Assembly: GCA_043228905.1 (NCBI GenBank)
Contig: JBHGNT010000007.1
Span: 4,216,001-4,280,000, forward strand
DNA: 64,000 nucleotides
Direction: 5' to 3'
Source: Azolla caroliniana
Lineage: Eukaryota > Plantae > Polypodiophyta
The position numbers and the translations under genes were made by a program. Below are positions 13,361 through 26,500 of the stretch, piece by piece. The notes beneath the pieces were generated by a model. The model was given only the letters and a program-made list of their open reading frames with translations, ran no database searches and was not told the origin of the DNA. How positions within the stretch are numbered: the first letter of the stretch is position 1; each line of letters begins with the position of its first letter.

Positions 13361-14832
13361 ACCCAGATCCATCAATATTCTCTTGAGCCAAATGGCTTCA
13401 CATGCGGTGACAATCGCGCCCGTGTATTTGGCTTCTGTGCTCAATAGTGTGATTTGTCGGCTACTTCTTACTACTCCACGATATGGCTCCATTGTCGAGA
13501 GAGAAGACGAATCCCGATGTTAATCGTCTGTTAGCTTTGTGGCCTGCCCAATTGGCATCGGTGTACCCTTCAAGTCAAACAAGTGTGGCCGATTTGTAGA
13601 GGATGCCAAAATCCATCATCCCACTCACATAGCGTAACGCTCGTTGATGTGCTCTCCTCCAATGATCAAGTTGTCCACATAAATTATGATGAATAGTTGT
13701 CCTCTAGAGTCACTTTGAATTAACAAGGAATTGTCAAACTTGGACATTTTGAAGTCGATTTGCTGAAAATAGTGGGTTATATTCGAATGTCATGCTCAAG
13801 GTGTTTGCTTGAGACCGTAGAAAGGCTTTTTAAGTCGGCAGACAACAGTCGGATGCATAGTCGACTTGAATCCGGGTGGTTGTACCATGTACACCTCCTC
13901 TTCTAACTCGTCTTGTAGAAATACATTCTTTACGTCCATTTGATGAAGGTGCCACCCCTTTGCTACTACACACGCGATCACGGTTTGGATGGTTGTCATC
14001 TTTGCCATCGGGGCAAAGGTCTCTTTGTAATCAACCCCATGCATTTGGGCATAGCCCTTTGCCACAAACTCGGCCTTATACCAATTGACGGTGCCTTTGG
14101 CATTGTGCTTCACCTTGTATATCCACCGGCACCCGATTGCCTTCTGGTGGGGTGAAGAGGGAACGAGATCCCATGTCTCATTTTTGGAGAGTGCTTGCAT
14201 CTCTCGTCATTCATCGTTTCAACCCATCGTGGGTCCTTCGCAACTTCGAAAAAAGTTTCCGGCTCTCGGACTGTCACCACCTTCATCTTGAATGGATGAT
14301 GATATGCCATGTAGTCACTATAGTCGAATCGGCTGACTACGTTCTTCTATCGGGTTGAGCGACGTGGTGTCCTCATGCTAGGCACATCCAATCCACCATA
14401 CTCATTGTCAGGTGAGTGATTCAATTTGTTTCCATTTGAGTCTTCGTTCTCGGGCATTTTAGCCTTTCCTTTGTCCTATTTCGGACTCGATCGCGTCGTG
14501 CTTTGGTCACTCAATGGCTCTTGTGGTTCACTCAATCTGGTTGAGATTGGACTTTCCTCTGTTGTGAGCCTTGGTTGATCATCTCCTCCGAGTTTATATC
14601 AAAATCGGTTTCACTTGGGTCAGATGGAGTTGATTCGGTTGTGTACTAGGATGCTGATTCGTCGAATACGACATCCCTACTCACTTGTACCTTCTTGGTA
14701 GAGGGGTTGAAGCACTTGTACCCCATTTGTTTGAGTGAGTACCCCACGAGGATACATTTCTCTTACTTGGGATCTAGCTTTTGCTACTTTTCGTCAAGAT
14801 ATCCTGACGTATGCTAAATGTGCACGTAACGT

Positions 14833-15475
14833 TGTCGCGAAGATTCGCGCGTGCGTGTGCTACTCGAGCAACCACCGGGGTCTTGGATTGGGGAGGATGT
14901 TCGCAGACTTATCGAAGAGATGACGATCAATGTAAGATTAGATGAAATTTGTTTACTTGAGAAGAAGAAAGATTGTACACTTGAGAAGTAGAAAAATATG
15001 AAGAAGATAAAGAATTATATAATTATATTGATGATAGTGGTGTTGGTGATATCACATATTGAGCCCCCTTACACAAGCTCAAATAAAGGCTTTTATAGGT
15101 CTTTCCATGCTTGCGACATGCACAAAACCATGGGCTAAAACCATGGTTTTGTGCACACGGTTTTGCTTATGTCATGCACAAACCATGGGTTTAGAACCAT
15201 GGTTTTGTGCACATGGTTCTCTATGGTTGTTTCATCTATAATTTGTATATAAAAAGGAAATACATGGAATCTATATTATATGATAGTTGTCCTAATGGTA
15301 AGGCAATCATCTTGTATTTTAGAGGTGCAATGTTCAAACCTTGCTTGCACCCCTCTGTATGAACTCAAGTGCCACTAGGCCTTAGTTTTATTTGCTAAGT
15401 GCATGTGCAATGTTGCACATCCTTGGTTTATTCGTCTCACTCGGTTTCACACCGTAGCCGAAAATCGTCACGACA
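14833..15475. mobile_element. Solo LTR nested in the Copia integrase, 4-bp TSD ACGT
   Basis: TGTCGCGA...TCACGACA termini with ACGT on both sides; it interrupts the FGLIAYV motif. Confidence 0.75.
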
Positions 15476-18400
15476 ACGTATGCAATCAAGCCGAATATCC
15501 TGACGTGGGATAGGTCCAACTTCTTTCCATAGAACTTCTCGTGAGGGGTGACATTGTGTAATCTGGATGTTGCTCAACAATTAATTAGATAGGGGCCCGT
15601 GTTCACCGCTTCAACCCAATACAATTTCGGTTACAGATGTTTCTCATTCATCATTGCCCTTGCCACCTCGAGCATATGCCGGTTCTTTCGTTCGGCTACT
15701 TCGTTTTGTTGAGGTGTGTGTCGGTAGGTGAACTCCCGCCGAATTCCTTCTTGTCGAAGGTATGTTGTGAAGGCATCAGAGAAATACTTCTTGCCGCCAT
15801 CCGATCAAAGGCATCAGACATGCTGACCGATTGCATTTTCGACTTCGTTTTTGAATTTTTGGAAGTGTCCGAACACTTCACTCTTCTGCCGCATAGGGTA
15901 GATCCCTGTGTGTCTAGAAAAGTCATCGATGAACGTCACATAGTATCGGCAACCACCGCATGTTGTCGTTTGGGTTGGTCCCCATACATTTGACTGTACT
16001 ACATCTAGGATCCCTTTTCTCACATTCCTCTCTTTCGGGAACGTTGACGATGTTGTTTGCCGAACTGGCAGACTTCGCATACACCCATAATCTCCTTCTC
16101 GATAAAGGTTAGGAGTCTGATGACGACTCCTTTTGAAAGCATTCCTTTGAGCTTCTAGAGATTGATGTGACCAATTCGTTTGTGCCACAGCTTTATGTCA
16201 GTGTTGGCTTTACGGCCCTTAGCATACATTGTTGATTTCATCTCGTAAGAATCAAGGATGAATATTCGGCCTTCCTTTTCAATGAAGCACTTGTTGTCGT
16301 AGAAGCGAACTTGCATGCCCTATTCCACGATCTGGCCGATCGAGACCAAATTCTTCGTTATTGTTGGAACATGCAAGACGTTCTTAATGTAGGACTTGTT
16401 GCCCTCTTCGTCGAATGTCAACATGCTAAATGGGGTGAATTGTGTCATCCCCTATTTCCACATAGCCGGTTCGTTCGGGTTTTCGCAATTCTCGAAACCA
16501 ATCTTCATGAGACGTCATGTGATTGGATGCACCTGAATCCACAAACCATACATTTTTCTGAGTGGGAGGTGCTTGTCAAGCTTGATGCCCTCATCGAATT
16601 CACTCTATGTTGCATCGTGAACATTCCGCCAAAATCGTTGTAGTCAGAGTTTGAGGCATGGTTGGTGAGTTGTCAGTTTGTGGAAGCCGACTCACTCTTC
16701 TTCTTCCAACACTCTGCCTCATAGTGGCCGAATTTGCCACGATATCCGCATTGAACAGAATTGTTTTGTTGGTTGGGTCCGTCATGATTGCTCCCCCTTC
16801 TACCATACGCTCCGCCTCGCGCATTTGAAATATCTTGCCGGTAGTAGAAGTTGTGTTCTTGGGATTGTTCTTGGTTGTGTCGGCCTTGGCTGAATCAACC
16901 TCTTCTTCCATGACCTTGTCCTCTTCCTCCATCAAAATTGAAATAGAGCATGTGTCCTTCTTGCACATTGCTTCTTGTCCGAACATGATTTTCTTCGACC
17001 AGTAGCATCGATTAGAGATTGAAGGAGGGAGGTTTCTCCCTCGTGAGGACTATCGACCGTATGGTGCCGAACCGAGCTGCTAGGCCTCCGAGGCATATCT
17101 ACACCATTTCATCGTCGTCAATGTTAACATTGATCGACCCAAGGGAGTCACAGAGCTCTTTGATCTTCAAGGTGTAGTTGCCAATTGACATGTCCCTCTA
17201 TTGTATGTTGTTCAACTCTTGACGGAGTTGAAGCTTTCTTGTGGTCGTGTTAGCCACAAATATCTTTTTGAGATTCTCCCACGTCTCCTTTGACGTTTTT
17301 GCCTCTCGGATGTATGTTAATGTTTTAGGGTTAGGGTTACTAATAATGATGACGATGATGATTGATGATGAAGATAGACATGGTGTAATAGTGAACATGG
17401 TGAATGGTATGATGGTGAGAGAGATCATGAAGAACAAGACAAGCATTGAGGGGTGGGGGGTGGTGCATCTTGTACTCCCAAGATGTGAAATTGTTTCTAT
17501 CGAGTTTCTCGGTGGGAAGAGTGCCTCCCATCTGAGTATTCATGTTGAATCTTCTTCTTCTTTGTGATAGAACTGTGCAAGTTGCTGCTACAACGATCAA
17601 CCAATTCTTCGTGAATGTACGCTTAGACATAACACATGTGAATACGATGGGCTTGGATCAAGCTACCAAGCATCGTGATACCATGTAAAGAATCGGATAT
17701 AATTTTGTGAAGTGGAATGTGTATGTGTGTGTGTGTGTGTAGTCAAGGGGGAGAGAGAGAGAGAGAGAGAACACAACGTGTATAGAAAACAATAATAATT
17801 GTATTAACAAGAATAAGACAACCAACAATTACAAGGAGGGGGAGAGAGGTGCTTATGTAGTCACCTTCTCTCTATATTCTCTTTCTACAACCACCGATTA
17901 CTAAAGAGAGGTGGAGACTTAACTACACTAAATATGTGTCATAGAACTTTTACGTTCTATGACACCCTAGTTGTTATATTAGGAGGTGAGGTGTTCACAC
18001 ATTCGAATATGCTAAGGTGTGTTCGCACACTAGGGAAGTTGAGTTTGATTCTCAACACGTATCTACTCGTTTTTAAGGATTCACATGGAGAATTTTTGCT
18101 TTATTTTCTTTCCCCATACTTGCACTCGATTCTAATAAAAAAATTTACTTAAATTGTTGATATATATCAAGAGAGTCAGGGATGATGGGAATGAATGGAC
18201 CATAGAAATACTAAAATACCATTTATGCTTGTTTTCTCCAATGGCAACAACCATTGTCGGGAACAATACTAAAGTTTACATGATGACCACTTGCTATAAG
18301 CAACCATTGTCATGTTGGTATTCCTTCCCTTTCTTTGCATTTGTAAGAAACAATTATTGACTTTAGTATGAAGTTGCCTAACAAAATGAGAGTGTTTATC

Positions 18401-18900
18401 AACCCAATGCACCACCATTTACTCAATTTATTTCTCCACTAATACATGTTTGTTTGTTTAATAATCCGTCAAAATGCATGGTATAAGTAATTAATACAAT
18501 ATTAATGAATGATTAATAAAAAATAACCACTTTTTAACATCCCTAACCCACTCCCCACAAATCATAACATCCAAAACCCAAACCCAAAATGAGGTGTTCA
18601 AAAGATTGGAAGTTACCATTTATAACATATACTCCACAATTATGGTCATCATACTTCCATCTTTGTTATGTTACCATACTACTTGAAGGAAATAACTAAG
18701 AATGAATACCGATGCCTATGAATATTTCAAGGCAATCCTCAAAATATATTCCAAACACACTTGAATGAGACCTATTTGACAAAAGTTTGTCTTCATGGGT
18801 AAGCGTTACAATCCTATTACTCTCACAAAATGGTACAAGTTGATCTCTCAACATAGTTAAGAGCAAGAGGCCAAATGTGCATTCTCATCGAATCTTAGTC

Positions 18901-19080
18901 CAATACACATTGGAATATATCCTTGCATGTATATACACAATTGCATGTGAACATCCCCCAATTGCAAGTGTCACATAGGCGAAACGTGCATCCTTATCAA
19001 ATTGTAGTACAATACACATTGGATGTAGCCTTGCATGTATATACACCCTGGCATGTGAACAACCCCAAAATGCAAGTGTG
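18901..19080. repeat. Degenerate ~109 bp tandem duplication
   Basis: CAATACACATTGGA..CCTTGCATGTATATACAC..GCATGTGAACA..TGCAAGTGT occurs twice (18901, 19010). Confidence 0.7.
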
Positions 19081-19279
19081 TATATTCAAATATGAACAAA
19101 CTCAAACCGGAAGTTAAAGACCTTCCATCCTATAGCCTCTATTGAGATAATCTCATACAAGCTATCATTCACATTGCAATTGTTGAGATTGGGGGAGTAG
19201 AATCTGTTGCAGTAGTAGGTGTGGAACTAAGATGACTTTGTCCATCTAAGTTTCATGCCAATAGAACCAAATAACCATG

Positions 19280-19281
<2 letters not shown>

Positions 19282-19339
<58 letters not shown>

Positions 19340-19351
19340 GTGTGTGTGTGT
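19282..19351. repeat. (AC)n followed by (GT)n microsatellite
   Basis: Seen directly in the sequence. Confidence 0.95.
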
Positions 19352-19892
19352 ATGCACATACAAAATTATTCTCTACTATCGTAAAGTTCAATCTTTTACT
19401 AGCATATTTAAATAGGATACAACTTAGGGTTTGACATACCCCTTTTGGATATTTAAATAAATAACTAGTACAAAGCTCATAACATATGTGGTCATTACCA
19501 CACACACTAAAGTTTAACACTCTATCTAATGGGAAATACAATATAATCGACTTAGCTCATCAATGTTAGAATAAACGTCAAGGCCATTTGATCGAGCAAA
19601 TATTCAAATCAATCTTCGTAAGACTTTTGGTCATACCATTGGATATGTTGTCAAGTGTTAGAATCTTGTCAATAACATGTCCCCTCTTGGTGATACATTT
19701 TGAGAAAAATGATATCAAACCTCTATGTGTTTTGGTGCCCCGTGATGGAGTAGATTGAGATAACACCATAACTATCACTATAGAAGGTTAGAGCCAAATT
19801 TAGATCAACTTGTCAAAACATGCTAGCTAGTTTATTGATCCACAACGCTTCTTAATTGTGAGTCGTGTCATATGCAACTACGTATCCTACTT
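19345..19892 (-). mobile_element. Old Copia RNase H remnant plus 3' region
   Basis: Minus-strand ALWINKLA and IDKILTLDNISNGMTKSL fragments. 19365-19520 is similar to 36680-36840. Confidence 0.55.
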
Positions 19893-22800
19893 CCTCACTT
19901 TTGTTTTCAAGATCATATAGGCGGGTAAATGGTACTAATTTAGCTCGATTGGATAGATTCTATGTATCTAGAAAATTTATTTCAACAACTGGTACAAGAC
20001 ATATAATGTCGGGAACTACCTTCTCTGATCATGTTCCAGTTATCATGTCAATTTCGACCCTAAACCTTAAGGAATTCTCCAATCTGAAAATTCCTGAACA
20101 CGTGTTGTTAGACAATAGCTTTTCCTTACAAGTGGCTGAAATATGGTCTCAAAAAGATGTTGTATAGGAATCAATGTCTATGTGGGTAGCTTCTGGCTTA
20201 CGATGCATTTCAGAATTTTTCAGGGATAAATCCAAGGAGAGGTTTTCTATGATACAAGAAAAGGAGAAACGGTCACGTACTTCTCTAGTTTCTCTACTAC
20301 GATTACAAGAACGTTATCCACATTACACATGGAGTGCTGAGAAACTTGGGTCAGCAAGACAAGAACTTGCTATACTATTAGAACAACGTGCAGAATTTCA
20401 ATATCATCATCGAGCAACTAATTGAACCCAAATGGGTGATAAATGCACATCTGAATTTCTTCATGCCATGAGACCACATCATAATGCGGTTTCACTTAAA
20501 CAACTACAACATGAGAATGGAACTATCTCAATTGGCCCTCAAGTGATGAGAGAAATAGCCACACGACACTATACTGACCTATTATTAGTTGTTTCTTTCT
20601 CCGATGAGGATTTAATCAGTCGGTCTTGTGTATGGAATAAATTGAGTTCAAGAATAACAAAAGATATTAATGTCATGCTTCAAAACTATCTTACTTATGA
20701 GGAATTGAGTGAAGCACTCCAAGCTTTGCCTAAAAATTGTTGTCTAGGTATGGATGGTTTAACCCCAACATTCTTCATTAAATATTGGGACTTGTTCAAA
20801 GCAGATCTATGTATAGCATTCCAAAAAATTCTCAGGGAGGGTAATATGCCTCCATATTTTACAAAAGGACTAATTTACCTTATCCCTAAATCAGAAGGTC
20901 CTTCATTGGATATCAAGAAATGGTGTCCGATTACATTATTGAATACGGTGTATAAAATTTTAGCTAAAGCAATTAGTATACGACTTAGTACTATAATGCC
21001 TAAAGTTATACATCCATCACAAACAAGATTCATTCGGGAAAGGAGCATTTTGGATAATGTTTATACGTTTTGGGAATCTGCAGCTTTGGCAGCCAAATCT
21101 AATCAAAACTTGGCCATTGTTATGCTTGATTTTGAGAAAGCTTACGACCATGTTGATTGGGAATTTTTACAAGGTGTATTGGCTCGTTTTGGATTCTCAA
21201 AAGAATGGATAACAGGAATTTCTTCCCTATATAATTCAGCACAAAGCTGAGTCTTACTGGCTGGGAAATATGGACCCTTGTTCTCAATTTCTCGATCAGT
21301 TCGCCAAGGTTGTCCTTTGGTTCCTTTTTTGTTCTTGTTTTTTGCTGAGGCAATGATCTCCTTTTTGAATGCTGGAGAGATAGGTATACGGGGATTGCAA
21401 GTCCCACTTTCACATATAGAAATAAGGGATGTTGAGTTTGTAGATGACATTGCTCTATACTTAAAATGTGATTTGGAAAATTTGCAAAAAACAGAATTGG
21501 CCATATCCACATTTTGTAAGGCTTCAGGTGCACTGGTCAATTGGAGCAAGTCCTTTGCATTTTGGGTTGGGGATGTAAATCCTCTATGGAATCCACACCT
21601 GCAATTTCGATGGATACCATCAAGTTGTCCAGTTCGGTATCTAGGGTGCACGATAGGTATTGATCTCTCAATGGAACATCAAGTGGCGCCACTCCTATTA
21701 TCACTACGGAAAAAGTTATTATTATGGAGTTCCGCCAAGTTATCTTTTGTTGGTCGGATTGTAGTTGCTAATGAGGTTTTGTTGGCTTCAACATGGTATG
21801 TTTTGTCATGTTGGATATTCTCCAATTCATGCATTTTGAAAATATGTAGACTGATTCATAATTTCTTGTGGTCCGGTAAAACGGAAGGCAATGCTCGGTC
21901 GAAAGTGAAATGGGATGTTATTACCTTACCTCGTTCTAAAGGAGGATTAGGTATAATTGATCCAATAGATCAATCAAGAGCATTGCTAAGTAAGTTGCTT
22001 GTTAGAGGATTCACACCGGGGCAAGAGGTATGGAATGTATTATTGATTGACCGTTGTTCAGATTGCTCTCCTCGCTTAGGCGCCCCCTGGCCGAAGGATG
22101 TAAATTGGATATTTAGGGAAACTTTCCGAGTACCTTCAGCCAATAGATGGGAAGATAAATTTATTAGGACATTATTTTCAACATGGAAACATGTATTACC
22201 TGGTTTGCTTCGTAATAAACCTGATCCCAAACATTATGTTGACTATCTTAGACAAAAGATAGTTTGGAACCCGTTGTTTACAACATCAGATGGTTCAGTA
22301 TTGGGTTCTAGACAATGGCTAGCGTGGGGGAAAATGACAGAAGGTCCAACGAAAACAATTCAGACTTGGAAAGAGTTTTTATCGCATTCATTGAAAGAGC
22401 AAAAAGAAATCCTACGTAGTATGCATGGCGGCCAAATAATGTTTCAACAAATTCAGGAAGCAATGAGTAGAATTCCCATACCACCCAATAATGTTAATCA
22501 TAGATGGGTTGGGGTTTTTTCAAGATTGGAAGTACTCTTGGCTGTGAAGGGGTATTCAGATGATAACACATACCGGTTTTTTGAGGTGGATGAAACAAAC
22601 CAACTATCTTAGTCCCCGGAAATGGTGATAGATTACCCCTACGCTATTGGGCACAAGATAAGGGTCATTGGATATGCTGACCGTAAATGGCATATTGATC
22701 CGATGATAGAGGAAAACCAATATTCAGATTAGATTGGGACCCAATTGATTATCAATGGATAGATCCTTACACAGGTACCAAGTTCAATTTTTTCCAATAT

Positions 22801-23530
22801 TCTGTACAGTTGGGAAGGCATGTACTTTCAGATACACGTGATGTGCAACCAGTTGCATCTCAATATTGGAATCAACAAGGTATTATTCCCCAATTCCTTG
22901 CAAAATTCTGGGTTATTTTGTGGGCAAGAAAACAACCACACAAAATATTGCATGTACAATGGTTAGTTGTACATTTGGCCTTGCCGGTAGGCACATGGTT
23001 GCATAGAATGGGAGTATCTTCTGATTGTATTCGATGTCAATTTCAAATGGAAACTCAAAAATATTGTTTATGGGAATGTATTGAGTCTCAACAGATATGG
23101 CAACGACTCCTTAGAATTTTTGCTAATTATTTTCCCCCATTGGTTTTCACTTGGGGCATGGTGGTTTGGACATCACTTGTCCGTGATGTGTTCCATTATG
23201 ACAATGAATCTATGGACCATGGTTTTTCATTAAAAATGGAAGTGTTCATACATTACCGTTGTCATTACAATTTTCAGGAGTAAGGAAGGAAGTCCAACCA
23301 GTATGGGAGATACTAAGTAGTACTATAGTATATCACATTTGGAAGGCAAGGTGTTCTCTCGTTTTCCAGCAAATTAAAACACCACCAACTTAAGTGGTTT
23401 CAAGCATTTGGTTAGACATAGTTCATACTTTGAAAGGACTTTGAAAGGTCAATGGGATGGTATAGTTGGAGATTCTGATGCTAAAATTGCTCAACGGAGT
23501 TAGTTTCTTAGTATTTGGACAGCTACTCCA
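19893..23530 (+). mobile_element. L1-clade LINE ORF2, 5'-truncated, with in-frame stops
   Basis: Endonuclease end (ARLDRFY, SDHVPV), RT motifs (PITLLNTVYKILAK, LDFEKAYD, RQGCPL, FVDD) and a C-terminal zinc-binding remnant (CIRC..CLWEC). It is cut at 23531 by an LTR. Confidence 0.9.
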
Positions 23531-26500
23531 TGTCATGAAGACAACATTTTGGTTATCAAGAATTGAACCCACGACTTCTTGGTCTATGTGTTGAACCCTT
23601 AACCATTGTAATAACATATATGTTGTGTGATTATAATAATTATGTTTCTAGTTATTACAAGATATTAGAACATTCTAGAACATTCTAGATTATTCTAGAA
23701 CATCCTTTAATATTTCATGATTATATTTCTTATCATAAAATCTAAAATATTCTAGAACATTCTAGATTACTCCATAAGGACCTATAAATAATTGTCTATA
23801 CATTCGTTTCAACTCATTCGGTTCAACACCAGTCTTTAGCCCTTAGCCTACTCATTGTAATCTTGTTTCATCATAATATAATCTCATTTCTATTTCAAGT
23901 CTTATCTCTCTCTCTCTCTCACTCACTCTATCTCTCTCACTCACTCTCTCTCACGCACACGCACACACACCCTCTCTCTTTCGCTCTCACTCTATCTTCT
24001 ACCCACGAGTCTCGACAGTTTGAACCGAAAATTTCTGTTTCCTTTTCCAATAACCCTAGCAAGCTTTCTTCTTTTCCCTTCTTTCTTTTTCTCCCTCAGT
24101 TATGGAATCTGTCAACAAGCAAGAGTATATGCGTGTCCTTTCTGAGCTCAACATGCTCACGACTAAGTTTGTGGCATTAGAGCAAGAAAATCATAGGCTA
24201 CTCGGGGATTTACAACAAGTGAGTACCGAGAAAGCTCATCAATATGAGGAGTTATCACAACGGGTTCATCAACTCGAGGCTACTATATTAACATTACGAG
24301 AACAAGCGGCGGGGGTTCAAAACTCCCCAAGGGAACCAAAGATTAGCCTCCCTACCAAGTTTGATGGTACCCGATCTTTGTTTTGAGGTTTCCTGAATCA
24401 AGTCCGTTTGGTGATTCAGTTACATCCCAATCGGTACCCAACCGATGCTGCTCGTGTGGGATTAATAGAAACCTTGCTAAGTGGTACCGCATTAGCATGG
24501 TTTACACCACTTCTAGAGAAGAAATCACCATTGTTGGAGGATTTCGAGGCATTCGTTAAAGAGTTTCAAGCTAGTTTTGGAGACACCGATAGCACTAGAA
24601 CGGCAATAAACAAGATTCGAAGACTCCGACAAGGAGATCGTCCCGCTTTAGCCTACGCAGCAGATTTCCGTCTCTTGGCATGTGACATCCCTTGGGATGA
24701 GGCAGCCTTAATGGATCAATTTCGTCAGGGTTTGCGTAACGATGTTAAAGATCTTCTTCTTACTTTCCACGAAGATCCAAAGTCTCTTACAGAGGCCATT
24801 AGTCGAGCTGTGCGATGTGATAATTGCCTATTTGAGCGACGTTCTGAACGTCAACAAATGATACGCCGTCAACCGGAACAGACGTATGCTTCAATAGTCG
24901 CAACACCGCCACAAGTTCCCAAACCCATTACGAGAGATGGTCCCACTCCGATGGAAATAGAGTCAACACAACGTCGAGGGCCTTTATCAGATGCTGAGAA
25001 ACAACGACGTCGGGCGCATCGCCTATGCCTCTATTGTGGTGGTCCAGGACATATTGCTGTGAATTGTCCACATAAACCCATACGACAAGTTTACCAAGTA
25101 AGTGCACATGACAACCCTACCATGAGTTCTACTATCACTTATAATAATTTAACTACTAAGCCTAATAACCCATGCCATGAGAATAGATTTGATGTCTTGA
25201 GCCAATTAGAGGATGTGTTAAACGAATAAGTCCGGCCAAAATAGGAGCCATTTGGTTGGACCATCCTAGATATGTAGAGTTTGTACCTAGTTGTGGTTCC
25301 ATTTCATCAAATCAAATTAGTAGAGTTTTTTCTGCACAAGTCGAGCTTAGCACATCTACAGGTCATCGAGTCCTAGCCTCTGCCCTCCTAGATTCTGGAG
25401 CCAATTCTTGTTTCATGGATCGCGAGTTTGCATTGTCCCAAAACATCATCTTGAACAAGCTCCCAAACCCAGTAGTTGTAGGAGTCATTGATGGTCGCCC
25501 TATAGCATTAGGTGATATAGTCGAAGAGTTTGAATCAATTCGTGTAGTCCTAGGTAATTTGGCTAGTATCATCTCATTCAACATCATTAGTAGTCTAGAG
25601 CACTCTCTAGTTCTTGGTCTTCCCTGGTTTGAGTTACATAACCCAACTATTGATTGGAGAAAAAGAACTATTGAAGAGGTCATAGTACAATCCGAGTCTC
25701 TTGAAACTCCAACAAAGGATCTAGGATCCCACATGATTTCAACAATCTCCATACATCAGTTACGAGAGGATGGAAGGAAGGAAGACATGATGGTGTTTGC
25801 GGTTTTAGCAACTCCCTCATCTACCTCACAAGAATTGGGGGTCCAATTACCAAAGAAGTACATAGAATTCTCCGATGTGTTCAATAAGGTGAAGGCTAAT
25901 AGATTACCAGAGCATCGACCCTATGATTGCCCAATTGATTTGCAGCCAGGAAAAGAGCCTCCATGGGGGCCAATTTATAACCTTTCGCCCACGGAGTTAG
26001 AGGTTCTTCGAGAATATATAGATGAGAACCTAGCAAATGGTTTTATCCAACATTCAAGATCTCCTGCTAGTGCACCCATCTTTTTCGTTAAGAAGAAAGA
26101 TGGTATGCTTCGTATGGTCGTGGATTATCGGGGCTTGAATAAAGTAACTATTAGAAACCGATATGCTCTACCATTGATCTCAAGCCTTCTAGAACGCCTC
26201 AGTGGAGCCAAGTTTTTCACGAAGTTAGATCTTCGAGGTGCCTACAACCTTGTTCGAATTCGTCCTAGGGATGAATGGAAGACCGCATTCCGCACTCGCT
26301 ATGGTCATTTTGAATATACAGTGATGCCATTTGGTCTCACGAATGCACCAGCAGTTTTCCAACATATGGCGAATGACATTTTTCGAGACTTCCTCGATAT
26401 CTTCATCATAGTTTACTTGGATGATATCTTGATCTACTCAAAAAATCAAGAGGAGCATGAGATACATGTTCGCCAAGTTTTGCAACGGTTACGAGAGTAT

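Larger units (their letters stand above)
12143..18057 (-). mobile_element. Full-length decayed Ty1/Copia element; LTRs 12143-12505 and 17684-18057; TSD CGTAT
   Basis: Both LTRs are TG..CA with the same 5-bp flank CGTAT on each side. Met-like PBS TGGTATCACG at ~17674-17683 and PPT at 12506-12515. Fragments of gag (EKLDRNNFTSWEYKM), integrase (YYVTFIDDFSR), RT (LHQMDVKNVFL) and RNase H (TKHIEVHY). Confidence 0.93.
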
